A stretch of DNA of 45,379 nt from a virus. Location: IMG/VR virus record IMGVR_UViG_3300020215_000016, positions 1-45,379 of that record, one strand, 5' to 3'. The notes under the pieces are model-generated. The model was not told the origin of the DNA. It searched no databases and saw only the letters and a list, made by a program, of their open reading frames with translations. Below, in pieces: positions 9,326 through 18,260 of the stretch. A program made the translations under genes and the position numbers. The first letter of the stretch is position 1. Each line of letters starts with the position of its first letter.

Positions 9326-12081
9326 TTGGGTTACTACTCCTTCTACTCGCCGCGCCGCTCCGCGCCCAGGAAATAGCCCCACCCACGTTCCCGGAGGAGG
9401 CTTACGACCTTCCATTCCCCGGCGACTGCGGGCTTGTCACGCGTTACGCGGGGAACCGGATCAACCCAGCCTGTCTCCAAGAATCCCAGAACATCGTTTT
9501 TGACGAGGACCTGACCTGGAGCCGGCGCAACGGTCAGGCGAAGTACAACGCCACGCCCTGCACGGATTCCAAGTCAATTCGCGGGCTGTGGCCGTTCTAC
9601 GACACCGACAACACCAAATACCTCATCATCCTGTCTTCCGAGACTATGTTCCAGAGCAATGGGAACGGGTCTTGCACGGCCATTCCAGGGCTTTCCGGAC
9701 TGTCTTCCACCGCCGAGATGTCCTGTGTTCAGGGGCTTGGCCGGCTCTGGTGCAACAACGCCGTCAACACCCCGTTCTACATCGGCTCCGGTCTCTCCAC
9801 ATCCACCGTCCCTGGCATGCCCAGCGGGGACAAGATGGGGTTTTTCCGCAATCGCGTGGTGGTGGCCAACGTCTCCGGAGCCCTGACGAGAATCCGTCTA
9901 TCGGGGGAAGGCGACGGCACGGACTGGACGCTTCAGATACCCGGAAGGTCTACCACCCCTGCCAGCATTGACATCGCAGGCACCAATGACGGAAAGCGGG
10001 TGACGTGCCTGATCGGTGAGTATCAGAACGCCTACTACATTGGACGAGAGTATGAGACCTACGGCCTCTACGGCAACGACCGCAGGGACTTCACGCTTCG
10101 ACAGATTTCCTCCGAGGTCGGGTGCATCGAGCAAAAGAGTGTCCAGGAGAAGAACAACACCAAGCTTTGGCTATCCCGCCGCGGTGTTGAGAGGTTGAGC
10201 GGCACCACCATCAACCGCGCCTCTGATCCTATCCGCCCTGACATCGACCAGATCATCCGGGCCACCGGTAACACGCAGAGCCGCACCCTCACGACGCAGG
10301 CCGATTTCGAAGGAGGTTCGGCGAACGCGAGGGCTTCCGGCGCTGGGGCACCCATGTCTACCACCATCAGCCCGGGGAACGTGGTTCCGAGTACATGGAG
10401 CGTCGTCGATACGAGCAGCGCCCAGTTTGCTGCCGGGACTCTCGTCAACGTCAGCACCAACGTAGTCGGTTCGGTCTCGCTCGTCCAGGCGGGAAGTGCC
10501 ACGTTTACCAACGCTGGGGCCGAGTCCAACTCGACGACCATCAACATCAGCTCCAACAATTTCAGCATCGCCGCCGATTCCATGTACGGGACGAAGGCCT
10601 GGTCTACGTCTGGCCGGGGGTCTCTCTCTGAGGCGGCCAATATCACTTTTGCCATTCAGAATGAGAGCTTTCAGGTCCTCGCCAGCACCACTCTCACGGT
10701 AAACGAAGGCCAGCACACCGAAGCGGCGTACTCGATCTACACCGCCACCCTACCGGCCTCGATGATCATTCTTCGGGTGGACACGGAAAACGGGACCTTC
10801 TGGCAGTCCGTCCCGTTCATCCGGCCTCAGTCCATCAAGATCAAGCTGCGGGATTCCGACTCCTCAGACGACAACGCGATTAGCTGGGACACCGATGAAT
10901 CTGGGCCGTTCACGTTGTCAGGCAGCTTCACGCAGGCCCTCTACGACACCGGATTCTCTACGCCTATCTGGGGAACCTTCGCCACGGACATCTCCTCCAC
11001 TGCGACCGGGACTTTGACGTTTGAGGTTCAGTCCTCCACGGCCATCGACGGTGGGGGTTTCCAGAGCCTTGTCGCTCAGGCTGCTGACGTTAAGATCGCC
11101 GCGGCCTCGCGCCGGGCAATCCGCTACAAGGGCAGCTTTGCCGTCAACACCAGCACCGACACATCCCCATTGCTGCGAAGCGTCAGCCTGTCCGCGGCTA
11201 CGACCGGCTACTACATCACCGACTGCGTCAACACGGCGGGAATGAGCGCGTGGGTTCTGTTCAGGGCCAACGACGTGCCCAATGACGGGGCGGTCTCTTA
11301 CGCCCTTAGCACCGGGGCCTCCTGCAATCAGGTGACTCGCGCGACGGCGACCTGGACGACTCAGGTCAAGAACTCCGCGATTTCCCTGGCGACCGCTTCT
11401 TTCGTTGCGGCGCGAGTGGCTTTTGATTTGGACATCGCCTCGGAGGTCCCGACCTTCAACGATGCGACTTTCGAATGGCTGGCTGGAGCCTCTAGGCCCC
11501 CCGTGGCCTCTGCCGTCCATCGGGATCGCTATCACCTGTTCTACACCACAAGCACCGCATCCGGGGCCAAGAACGACCACGACGCAGTCTTAGACCAGAA
11601 CGACAAGTGGACGATCTTTGACGGGATCAACGCCTACTCGGCCACGGTCTATAACAACCAACTCTATACCGGGGACTCCAACGCCTCTGGGCTTATCCAT
11701 CAGCAGGACATTGGAAACGACGACGCTGGCTCCAATTTCAAGATGCGGTTTAGGACGGCTGACCTGGACCTGGGAAACCCCTCCCAGCTCAAGTCCTTCA
11801 AGAATCTGTACGTCACGTTGAAGTCGGAGGCTGATCCGTCTCAGAGCATCCCGCTCTCTTTCGGGTATCGCCTGGACGGCTCGACGAAGACCTACAGCCT
11901 CGGCTCTTGCGACCTCGGAGAATCAGCTGAGCCAGGGTATTTCGTCTGCAAGCTCCCTTTCCCGACAGATGATGCTGTGGACGGCCATTGGATCTCCCTA
12001 GAAGGCGAGTACAGCGGCAGCCAGGGCCCCGTAAAGATTTACAGCTTGCGGCTGACCTACGGACGCAAGGAGCAGGACTAG
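9322..12081 (+). CDS. Putative tail nozzle / tubular B-like protein with an N-terminal signal peptide
   Basis: 919 aa. MIGLLLLLLAAPLRA-QE is signal-like. It is the largest structural ORF. The function is inferred from size and gene order only. Confidence 0.55.
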   Translation: MIGLLLLLLAAPLRAQEIAPPTFPEEAYDLPFPGDCGLVTRYAGNRINPACLQESQNIVFDEDLTWSRRNGQAKYNATPCTDSKSIRGLWPFYDTDNTKYLIILSSETMFQSNGNGSCTAIPGLSGLSSTAEMSCVQGLGRLWCNNAVNTPFYIGSGLSTSTVPGMPSGDKMGFFRNRVVVANVSGALTRIRLSGEGDGTDWTLQIPGRSTTPASIDIAGTNDGKRVTCLIGEYQNAYYIGREYETYGLYGNDRRDFTLRQISSEVGCIEQKSVQEKNNTKLWLSRRGVERLSGTTINRASDPIRPDIDQIIRATGNTQSRTLTTQADFEGGSANARASGAGAPMSTTISPGNVVPSTWSVVDTSSAQFAAGTLVNVSTNVVGSVSLVQAGSATFTNAGAESNSTTINISSNNFSIAADSMYGTKAWSTSGRGSLSEAANITFAIQNESFQVLASTTLTVNEGQHTEAAYSIYTATLPASMIILRVDTENGTFWQSVPFIRPQSIKIKLRDSDSSDDNAISWDTDESGPFTLSGSFTQALYDTGFSTPIWGTFATDISSTATGTLTFEVQSSTAIDGGGFQSLVAQAADVKIAAASRRAIRYKGSFAVNTSTDTSPLLRSVSLSAATTGYYITDCVNTAGMSAWVLFRANDVPNDGAVSYALSTGASCNQVTRATATWTTQVKNSAISLATASFVAARVAFDLDIASEVPTFNDATFEWLAGASRPPVASAVHRDRYHLFYTTSTASGAKNDHDAVLDQNDKWTIFDGINAYSATVYNNQLYTGDSNASGLIHQQDIGNDDAGSNFKMRFRTADLDLGNPSQLKSFKNLYVTLKSEADPSQSIPLSFGYRLDGSTKTYSLGSCDLGESAEPGYFVCKLPFPTDDAVDGHWISLEGEYSGSQGPVKIYSLRLTYGRKEQD

Positions 12082-12088
12082 GAGGCTT

Positions 12089-12703
12089 ATGCCCAGCGAG
12101 TTCTTCATCCCCGATCTTCCCAGGCTCGACATGCCAAACAATCCATCGCAGCATGCGGATTGGGGCTTTGGCGCGGTCACGGACATGCTTAAGGGCATCG
12201 GCAACCTTCCCAAGCTCACGGATACCTTGGTTCCTCGGGTTGAGGGCATTCTGGGCCAGCAGAGCCAGTTCCTATTGCCCCAGATTGCCGGGCTGCGGGA
12301 ATTGACGGCTGGGAACGTCGCCAACGCCCAGTCCGACGCCACGGCGCGAGGTATGCGGGGCTCTGATATCGAGGCAGCCGGCATGCTCGGAGCTCGCCTT
12401 GGTGGCCAGCAGGCCGAGAGTCAGATGCGCGGGCAGTTTGGCATCGCTTCCTCCCAGACCCTTGTCGATGTTCTGACGCGAGCTATGTCCGGGGATATCC
12501 AGGCCGCAACGAACCTCCGTCAGATGCTCGCCGAAGCCATGGGCCAGCAGATCGCAGGGGAGCGGGACCTTTACCTGAACCGCGAGGCGATGTCGAACGC
12601 CAACGCTCAGGCTGAGAGAAACCGAATGTTTGCCCTGATCGGCGCTGGCATGGGGGCTGCTGGCAGCGTTGCCGGTGGCGGATTGGCAGGCAGAGGAAAA
12701 TAG
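12089..12703 (+). CDS. Putative internal virion protein
   Basis: RBS aggagg. 204 aa with a Gly/Ala-rich hydrophobic C-terminus (IGAGMGAAGSVAGGGLAG). Confidence 0.6.
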   Translation: MPSEFFIPDLPRLDMPNNPSQHADWGFGAVTDMLKGIGNLPKLTDTLVPRVEGILGQQSQFLLPQIAGLRELTAGNVANAQSDATARGMRGSDIEAAGMLGARLGGQQAESQMRGQFGIASSQTLVDVLTRAMSGDIQAATNLRQMLAEAMGQQIAGERDLYLNREAMSNANAQAERNRMFALIGAGMGAAGSVAGGGLAGRGK

Positions 12704-12712
12704 GAGAAGAAC

Positions 12713-13870
12713 ATGCCCGATTGGATACCGAGACCGCGTCTGCCGGAAAACTTGCAGTCCCAGACGGTCAACATGCAGGAGCATCAGCTTGACCCCATCG
12801 TTATGGGCGTCCAGAGCCTTGCCCAAACCCTTGGCGCGGCACTGCAACAGCGGGCACTCGCGCAGCGGGCTCCCGAAACCGACCTGCGCCGCTTGATCGC
12901 GGATTCGATGGTGCATGGGAACTTTGACCAGAGCGTCGGCCCGATGCAGCCGGGACAGTCCCGTGGCGTGGACGCAGCGTCCCTTTGGGCAGCCATGGGC
13001 GGGCGCGGGGCGATGCCTTCTGGTGTTCCGATCGGCAGAGTGAGGCCAGCCGAGGCTAAGGGCATGATGACCCTCACTGAGGAGATGCTGAAGGGCAATC
13101 CCAAGATCGCGGCTCTGGGCTACGGCGCAAACCACCAGATTCCGGTCTCCGTATTCAACACTCTGACGAAGGTCGATGATCCAACGAAGGGCGGGACTTT
13201 GGTTCAGGTCACGGCTGAGATGAAGAAGAAGAACCCCGACCTTGTTCTGGGGACCTATATCCCTGCGATGGCACCGGCCAGCCTTGCCGATAAGGACCAG
13301 GCTGCCGCTGATCGAAAGGTCGAACTGGCTGAGAAAAAGGCCGAAAAGGCTGCCGAAAAAGCGGCCGGGAAAATCACTCAGGTCAACCTGGCTGCCCGCG
13401 GCTTCGCAGATCGAGCCGAACTAGCTGAGGAGGAGCTGGCCGACATAGTGAAAGGCGGGTATGACCTCTCGTCTGTCGTCACGACGCGCGGAGAGATGGT
13501 TCCGAACGCGGTTAAATCGGATAAGACGCAGCGCGTCGAGCAGTCCATGCGGAACTTCATCAGCGCCGTCCTTCGCAAGGAATCCGGCGCTGCAATCCCT
13601 GACTCGGAGCTTGCCGCTGAGACAAAGAAGTATTTTCCAATGCCAGGCGACAAGCCTGGCGTGATTGCGCAGAAGGCGCGGGCGCGGGCGCAGGCCATCA
13701 AGAACCTTGTCGCGGAGGCTGGGGTGGCCCCGTCTACTAGAAAGAAGTCAGATGCCGTGGTCAGCCCTGATACTGCCAGCGGTCAGGCCGACATCGCCCT
13801 CCAAGGCGATAAAGCCGCTCGTTTGGCGGAACTTCGCGCCAAGGCTCAGGCTGGGAGCCTGAAAAAGTAA
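12713..13870 (+). CDS. Putative internal virion / ejection protein
   Basis: RBS aggag. 385 aa with an Ala/Lys/Glu-rich helical centre. Confidence 0.6.
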   Translation: MPDWIPRPRLPENLQSQTVNMQEHQLDPIVMGVQSLAQTLGAALQQRALAQRAPETDLRRLIADSMVHGNFDQSVGPMQPGQSRGVDAASLWAAMGGRGAMPSGVPIGRVRPAEAKGMMTLTEEMLKGNPKIAALGYGANHQIPVSVFNTLTKVDDPTKGGTLVQVTAEMKKKNPDLVLGTYIPAMAPASLADKDQAAADRKVELAEKKAEKAAEKAAGKITQVNLAARGFADRAELAEEELADIVKGGYDLSSVVTTRGEMVPNAVKSDKTQRVEQSMRNFISAVLRKESGAAIPDSELAAETKKYFPMPGDKPGVIAQKARARAQAIKNLVAEAGVAPSTRKKSDAVVSPDTASGQADIALQGDKAARLAELRAKAQAGSLKK

Positions 13871-15999
13871 TGGCCCTCAGCGAAGCGGAGGAGCTCGAGC
13901 TTCTTGAGCTAGAAAATGAGAACGCTGCGAAAGCGGCGCAATCTGGCGTTCAGTGGGAAGAGCAAGCCGTTCACGCCGAAAGCCCGCTGAACATGGCGGC
14001 CACTGTGGGGCAGGGGCTTGAGGATGCGGCTGGTTTTGTCGCGGAGCAGGGTGGGAAATTTGGCGAGAGACTGAATCAGTCTGGCCACCCTATTGCGGGA
14101 GCGGTAGTCAAAACGGCGGGGGTAATCCCTGCCGCCGGAATCTCGCTCGGTGGCGACATGGTCGGCCACACGCCCGGCGAAGTCGCCCTGAACCTCCTCA
14201 CGATGGGCGGAGCCAGCGCGATCAAGGCTGGTGCTAAAGGGCTTGGGCAGGGGGCGGCAGCCGTCGGAAACAAGCTCGCACCCGAGATGATGGAGGCGAT
14301 TCAAGCTGCGGCGAATATGGGCATTGATTTGACCCCCGCCGAGTTGACCGGCAAGAACATCCACGCCGCCGTCGAGGCTTTACTGGCCAGGACCCCGTTT
14401 TCTTCCGGTATCATGCAGCGTTTCATGGACGCCCGCATGACAAAGCTCAACGCGGCCAAGGTGGCATTGCTTGATCGCTTCGGGGCAAAGAAAGAAGTCG
14501 AGAGCATGGGCGAGGCAGCCGTAGCCAAGGCTCAGGGGATGCTTGACGCTGCCGCCACCAAGAGGGCCACCGCTACCGCCTCTGCTGAGGGCAAGATCAT
14601 ATCCGGGCGAAAGGCCCTCCTCGACAAAACCGGGGAGGCGGCGCAGCGCACGGAGTTGGGCCTGAGGATGCAGGCTGGCGCCATGAAGCGAATGGAGGCC
14701 GAGAAGGCTAAGGCCACCAAGCTTTATCAGGCCGTGCGCGATGAGATACCGCCAGAGTTGGACCTGACGCCTGCCGACAACCTGCGCGAGACTGCCCGCA
14801 AACTGCTGGAGACCAAAGGCGCGGCCCCCAGCACTCTCGGAGCTCGGGAGCGCGAGGCGCTTCAAGGCATCGTCGACGCCCCGCAGGGCCTAACCTGGGA
14901 CAAGCTCCACGAATTGCAGTCAGCCTACGGTGATGATGCTTTCAGCCTGAGCCAGTCGGACCGGAAGGCTGCGGCCATCTACGTCAGGCTGAAGCAGGCC
15001 GCCCGTGACGACATGAAGGCGATGGCTGAGCGATTGGGCGGAAGGGCCCAAGAGAAGTACGAAGCTGCGACGGCGTTCTACAAGACCTTCAGGACGGTCC
15101 ACGACAATAAGACCCTGCGCCAGTTCTTGGCCAAGAAGCCCGAGGAAGCCTTCGACATGATCGTGAAGAAGGGCGGCGTGACGGATATCCGCCGCTTGAA
15201 GGAGGCCATTGGGGAGCCCGCTTTCAATCGGACGATGCGCCGAACCTTCATGGAAAAGATGGTCGGGGCCGTGGACGGTGAGATTCCCAAGGCCGAGGAC
15301 ATCATGGCCCGCATGGCCGACTTCGACAAGGAGACCCTAAAAGAGGTCCTGTCTCCGACTCAGATCACGCAACTGGAGAAGTTCGCCAAGAGCGCCACTG
15401 TCCCCCAGTTCGTCGAGTCCGAGATCGAAGGCCGGCTGCGGAAGATGGTGGCCAAGGACCCGTCAGCGGTGGCTCGCTCCGTCATGACTGGCGACCCGAC
15501 GACGGCCCGCCTGGTCAAGAAAATCGTCGGTGCAAAAGGCTGGGAGCCATATCGCCGGCAGATGTTGGAGAAGATCATCGGCGAGTCTGGGGAGGACGTC
15601 TTCTCTTCAAACAAGATATCGAACGCGCTCAAGAGCATCCCTCCCGAGAAGCGCCGACTGTTCTTCTCTGACGCCGAGGTCAAGGAGATCGAGCAGATGG
15701 CGGGGGTGAAGAGGCTCACCGAAACCGTTGAGAAGAAGTGGGGCAACCCTTCGGGGACCGCGCGAAACCTAATCACCGGTGGCCAAGGGGCGCTCCTCAT
15801 CACCAATCCTATCACGGGTATCAAGACGGCGGTCTCGGCTGCTGTGGCGGCTAAGCTCTACACGACCACGGAAGGGCGGCGTCTGCTTAGCCAGGGCCTC
15901 AACGCTAACGAGCGCAACGCCGCCGCGGTCTTCACGCGACTGATCGGAGCTGCGAACGCCGCCAAGAAGGGCCTCGGTCAGGAGCAAGCAGGACAATGA
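13870..15999 (+). CDS. Large alpha-helical virion protein (internal/ejection or tape-measure-like)
   Basis: TAATG overlap. 709 aa, Ala/Lys/Glu-rich. Sits just before the fibre gene. Confidence 0.6.
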   Translation: MALSEAEELELLELENENAAKAAQSGVQWEEQAVHAESPLNMAATVGQGLEDAAGFVAEQGGKFGERLNQSGHPIAGAVVKTAGVIPAAGISLGGDMVGHTPGEVALNLLTMGGASAIKAGAKGLGQGAAAVGNKLAPEMMEAIQAAANMGIDLTPAELTGKNIHAAVEALLARTPFSSGIMQRFMDARMTKLNAAKVALLDRFGAKKEVESMGEAAVAKAQGMLDAAATKRATATASAEGKIISGRKALLDKTGEAAQRTELGLRMQAGAMKRMEAEKAKATKLYQAVRDEIPPELDLTPADNLRETARKLLETKGAAPSTLGAREREALQGIVDAPQGLTWDKLHELQSAYGDDAFSLSQSDRKAAAIYVRLKQAARDDMKAMAERLGGRAQEKYEAATAFYKTFRTVHDNKTLRQFLAKKPEEAFDMIVKKGGVTDIRRLKEAIGEPAFNRTMRRTFMEKMVGAVDGEIPKAEDIMARMADFDKETLKEVLSPTQITQLEKFAKSATVPQFVESEIEGRLRKMVAKDPSAVARSVMTGDPTTARLVKKIVGAKGWEPYRRQMLEKIIGESGEDVFSSNKISNALKSIPPEKRRLFFSDAEVKEIEQMAGVKRLTETVEKKWGNPSGTARNLITGGQGALLITNPITGIKTAVSAAVAAKLYTTTEGRRLLSQGLNANERNAAAVFTRLIGAANAAKKGLGQEQAGQ

Positions 16000-16688
16000 G
16001 GTTCCTAGTCCTTCTGCTGGCGACGGGGGCATGGGGCCAAGATACCCCGTTCTTCCCTCGCGCCACCGACAAGGACCAGGACATGGGCTCGATCAATCAG
16101 AACTTCCGGGACCTGGCTGACCGGAAGCGAGACGAGGTGGGCGGGGCCGCGACTCCTGGGGATACCTGCTTCGACAATCCCACGCTCTGCATCGACGCGA
16201 CCAATCACCGCGTCAACGTGGGGGCGGGGGGGATTCAGTTTAGCGACGGCTCAACTCAAACAACGGCCATTTCGACAGCATCGGCGATGGTCTCGTCCTC
16301 CTCCTATGTCACGGTGACGAACACGAACCTGACGCTCTCCGTCATGGGACCCTGCGTCACGGGCTCGACCGTCACACTTAATTGCACGTCCGGAAAGTAC
16401 CGCGTCTGCTACACCGGCACCGCTGAGAGCCAGTCGGCGGTTGAGCTTGTGCTTGGCTACCTGAGAAACGGGGGATTCGGACCGGCGCAGTCTGCCACCG
16501 TCGGGATAGCCGCCGAGTTGGTTCCAGCCGACTCCCCCGCGAACTTCTCCTTCTGCGACCCCATAGACGTCTCGGGCCAGCAAACCTTCTGCCTAACCGG
16601 CGCCCAGTCGTCCGGGTCAACGATGGAGGTCCCAGGAGACAACGGGACCTTTGACGTGCCGGGGAAATTCGGAGTGGAGTGCCGGTAA
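15996..16688 (+). CDS. Tail fibre-like protein with an N-terminal signal peptide
   Basis: ATGA overlap. MRFLVLLLATGAWG-QD is signal-like. INQNFRDLADRK and GIQFSDGSTQTTA are typical fibre strings. Confidence 0.65.
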   Translation: MRFLVLLLATGAWGQDTPFFPRATDKDQDMGSINQNFRDLADRKRDEVGGAATPGDTCFDNPTLCIDATNHRVNVGAGGIQFSDGSTQTTAISTASAMVSSSSYVTVTNTNLTLSVMGPCVTGSTVTLNCTSGKYRVCYTGTAESQSAVELVLGYLRNGGFGPAQSATVGIAAELVPADSPANFSFCDPIDVSGQQTFCLTGAQSSGSTMEVPGDNGTFDVPGKFGVECR

Positions 16689-16963
16689 TGGACATTGATC
16701 CAACGAAGCTCAAGCACCGCGAGCTGCTGCTACTCCTCTATGAGAGAGTAGACGGCATGGATAGGAAGGCTGATGAGCGGGCGGCGGCGCAGGAGAAGAA
16801 GGACGCCAGCCAAGACACGGCCATTGACGGGATAAGCTCCCGCGTCCGCTCGCTTGAGAATTACCGCCTGTTCGTCGGCGCGGCCTCCGCTACTGTCGGG
16901 GCCGTCGTCGGGCTCATTTACAAGGCTTGGCCCGCCATTTCATCTGTTATGGTGGCCCACTAA
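16688..16963 (+). CDS. Membrane protein with a C-terminal TM helix (holin or lysis-accessory candidate)
   Basis: TAATG overlap. 91 aa with a coiled N-terminal part and the TM segment LFVGAASATVGAVVGLIY. Confidence 0.5.
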   Translation: MDIDPTKLKHRELLLLLYERVDGMDRKADERAAAQEKKDASQDTAIDGISSRVRSLENYRLFVGAASATVGAVVGLIYKAWPAISSVMVAH

Positions 16964-17442
16964 TGGCCTGGGACGGTGAGGAGATCCAGCGCGTTTGTGA
17001 ACTCGCGCTCAAGATGAAGGACAGGCCCTACCAGTTTGGGGCGAAGTGGCCGCTGACGGACACGAATCCTCAGGCCCCGGTCGATTGTTCGGGTTTCTCT
17101 CGCTGGATCATCGGGCAGGGCCGGGACGCTCACGGACGGCAGATAGTCCTTCCTCACGGCTGCATCAACCAGATCAAAGTGTGCAAACCGCTGGCCTTAG
17201 AGCGTCCGCTTGTCCTGGACCTCGGATTTGCGGATCTCATCGGACAGGACGGGGCGCCTGATCACGTCGTCGTCCGCATCAGCGAAAGCTTGGTCATCGA
17301 GGCTCGCGGCTGCAAGACTCACCTGGGCCACAAGCCGGAACTCTGCCCGTATAAGAAGGTCGTCCTGCGCCCTGCGGCGGTCTGGGACGCCCAGAAAGGC
17401 TTTATGGGGTGGTGGCGGGTTCCTGGTTTGAGGGATGGATGA
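16963..17442 (+). CDS. NlpC/P60-family cell-wall peptidase (endolysin)
   Basis: TAATG overlap. The catalytic-Cys motif PVDCSGFSRWI is followed by APDHVVV. Confidence 0.75.
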   Translation: MAWDGEEIQRVCELALKMKDRPYQFGAKWPLTDTNPQAPVDCSGFSRWIIGQGRDAHGRQIVLPHGCINQIKVCKPLALERPLVLDLGFADLIGQDGAPDHVVVRISESLVIEARGCKTHLGHKPELCPYKKVVLRPAAVWDAQKGFMGWWRVPGLRDG

Positions 17443-17606
17443 GGTGGCTCTTTCGCTGGATTCGACTTCAACGACAGGGAGACTTCAGCATTCCAATCTC
17501 GATCACGGGCGCAGAGTTGGACCCGTGCCAGTTCCCGGGATGCGGGATTCGGCGGCAGGATCACAGCTTTAAGACGCAAAAACATCACTTCGCGGAGGCA
17601 TCATGA
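17439..17606 (+). CDS. Small hypothetical lysis-module protein
   Basis: ATGA overlaps at both ends. 55 aa. Confidence 0.35.
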   Translation: MRWLFRWIRLQRQGDFSIPISITGAELDPCQFPGCGIRRQDHSFKTQKHHFAEAS

Positions 17607-18082
17607 ACGGAAAGGCTAAGTTGAGCGTGTTGGACTACCTGAAACTTCTCTGGGGCGGTCGGCCTGTTTTGGAAGAGGCCATCGAGCAAGGCAAGGTCGT
17701 CTCCGTTGCCGCGCACACCTCTGGCGTCAAGACTCTGGCCTTCTGGGCCACTGCTTTGGCCTCCGTCTCCGCTGTCGCCGCCCAGGTCGGTGGACTTGTC
17801 CCGCCGCCTTATGGTGCCATCGTTCTGGCGACCTCCCCACTCCTCTATGCCATCAGCAGGGGCCTGGTGAAGCGAGACGACCCCTTGGGGGGAGCCAAGC
17901 CAGCCCTGGCTCGTTCCGAGGTCTTGGCGAACATCCTGGCGGCTGCGGGACAGGTCGCCTTGGCCGCTGGCCACGCCACTTCCCCGGAGACGGCGGTGAT
18001 TCTGACCACGGTCCACGCCGCCGCCATCGCCGCGGCCGATGCTTTGGCCAAGAGTGGGGCGCAGCCGGTCCTGGAAAAATAG
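17603..18082 (+). CDS. Multi-pass membrane protein (holin candidate)
   Basis: 159 aa with 3-4 Ala/Val/Leu-rich hydrophobic segments. It is the last gene of the late operon. Confidence 0.55.
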   Translation: MNGKAKLSVLDYLKLLWGGRPVLEEAIEQGKVVSVAAHTSGVKTLAFWATALASVSAVAAQVGGLVPPPYGAIVLATSPLLYAISRGLVKRDDPLGGAKPALARSEVLANILAAAGQVALAAGHATSPETAVILTTVHAAAIAAADALAKSGAQPVLEK

Positions 18083-18182
18083 GGGCCAGATAGGGGCGAA
18101 ACCGCCACATTCGGCACCAATAAGCCACCACTGTGCTACCATTCTCAGACGGTGGCGGCGTACTCTCGACGGAGAAAAGCAT

Positions 18183-18233
18183 TTTGAGGGGCGTATGCCG
18201 AAAGGCGTGTGGGTTCAAGTCCCACCCCGCGCA
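18183..18233 (+). other. attP core candidate: 3' part of a class II (Leu-like) tRNA
   Basis: The sequence ttGAGgg gcgta t gcc-gaaa-ggc gt gtggg-ttcaagt-cccac cccgcgc a contains an anticodon-loop-like segment, long variable arm, T arm and 3' acceptor strand. No matching 5' acceptor or D arm lies upstream. It is 28 nt from the integrase stop. Confidence 0.6.
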
Positions 18234-18260
18234 TTCTTAAAACGTCGTCGAGAAAAGTAG

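Noticed and set aside
12272-13135. Long antisense ORFs. Examples: 12272..13135 (287 aa), 37076..37894 (272 aa), 25537..26259 (240 aa), 10918..11580 (220 aa), 1495..2082 and 2684..3268.
   Set aside because: They lie opposite well-supported, high-GC3, translationally coupled + strand genes. Their products are Arg/Gly/Pro/Leu-rich low-complexity sequence. This is typical of shadow ORFs in GC-rich DNA.
18140-18233. A complete tRNA gene next to the integrase.
   Set aside because: Only the anticodon-loop-to-3'-end portion is tRNA-like. The required 5' acceptor strand (gcgcggg) and a foldable D arm and anticodon stem are absent upstream. It is therefore treated as an attP fragment.
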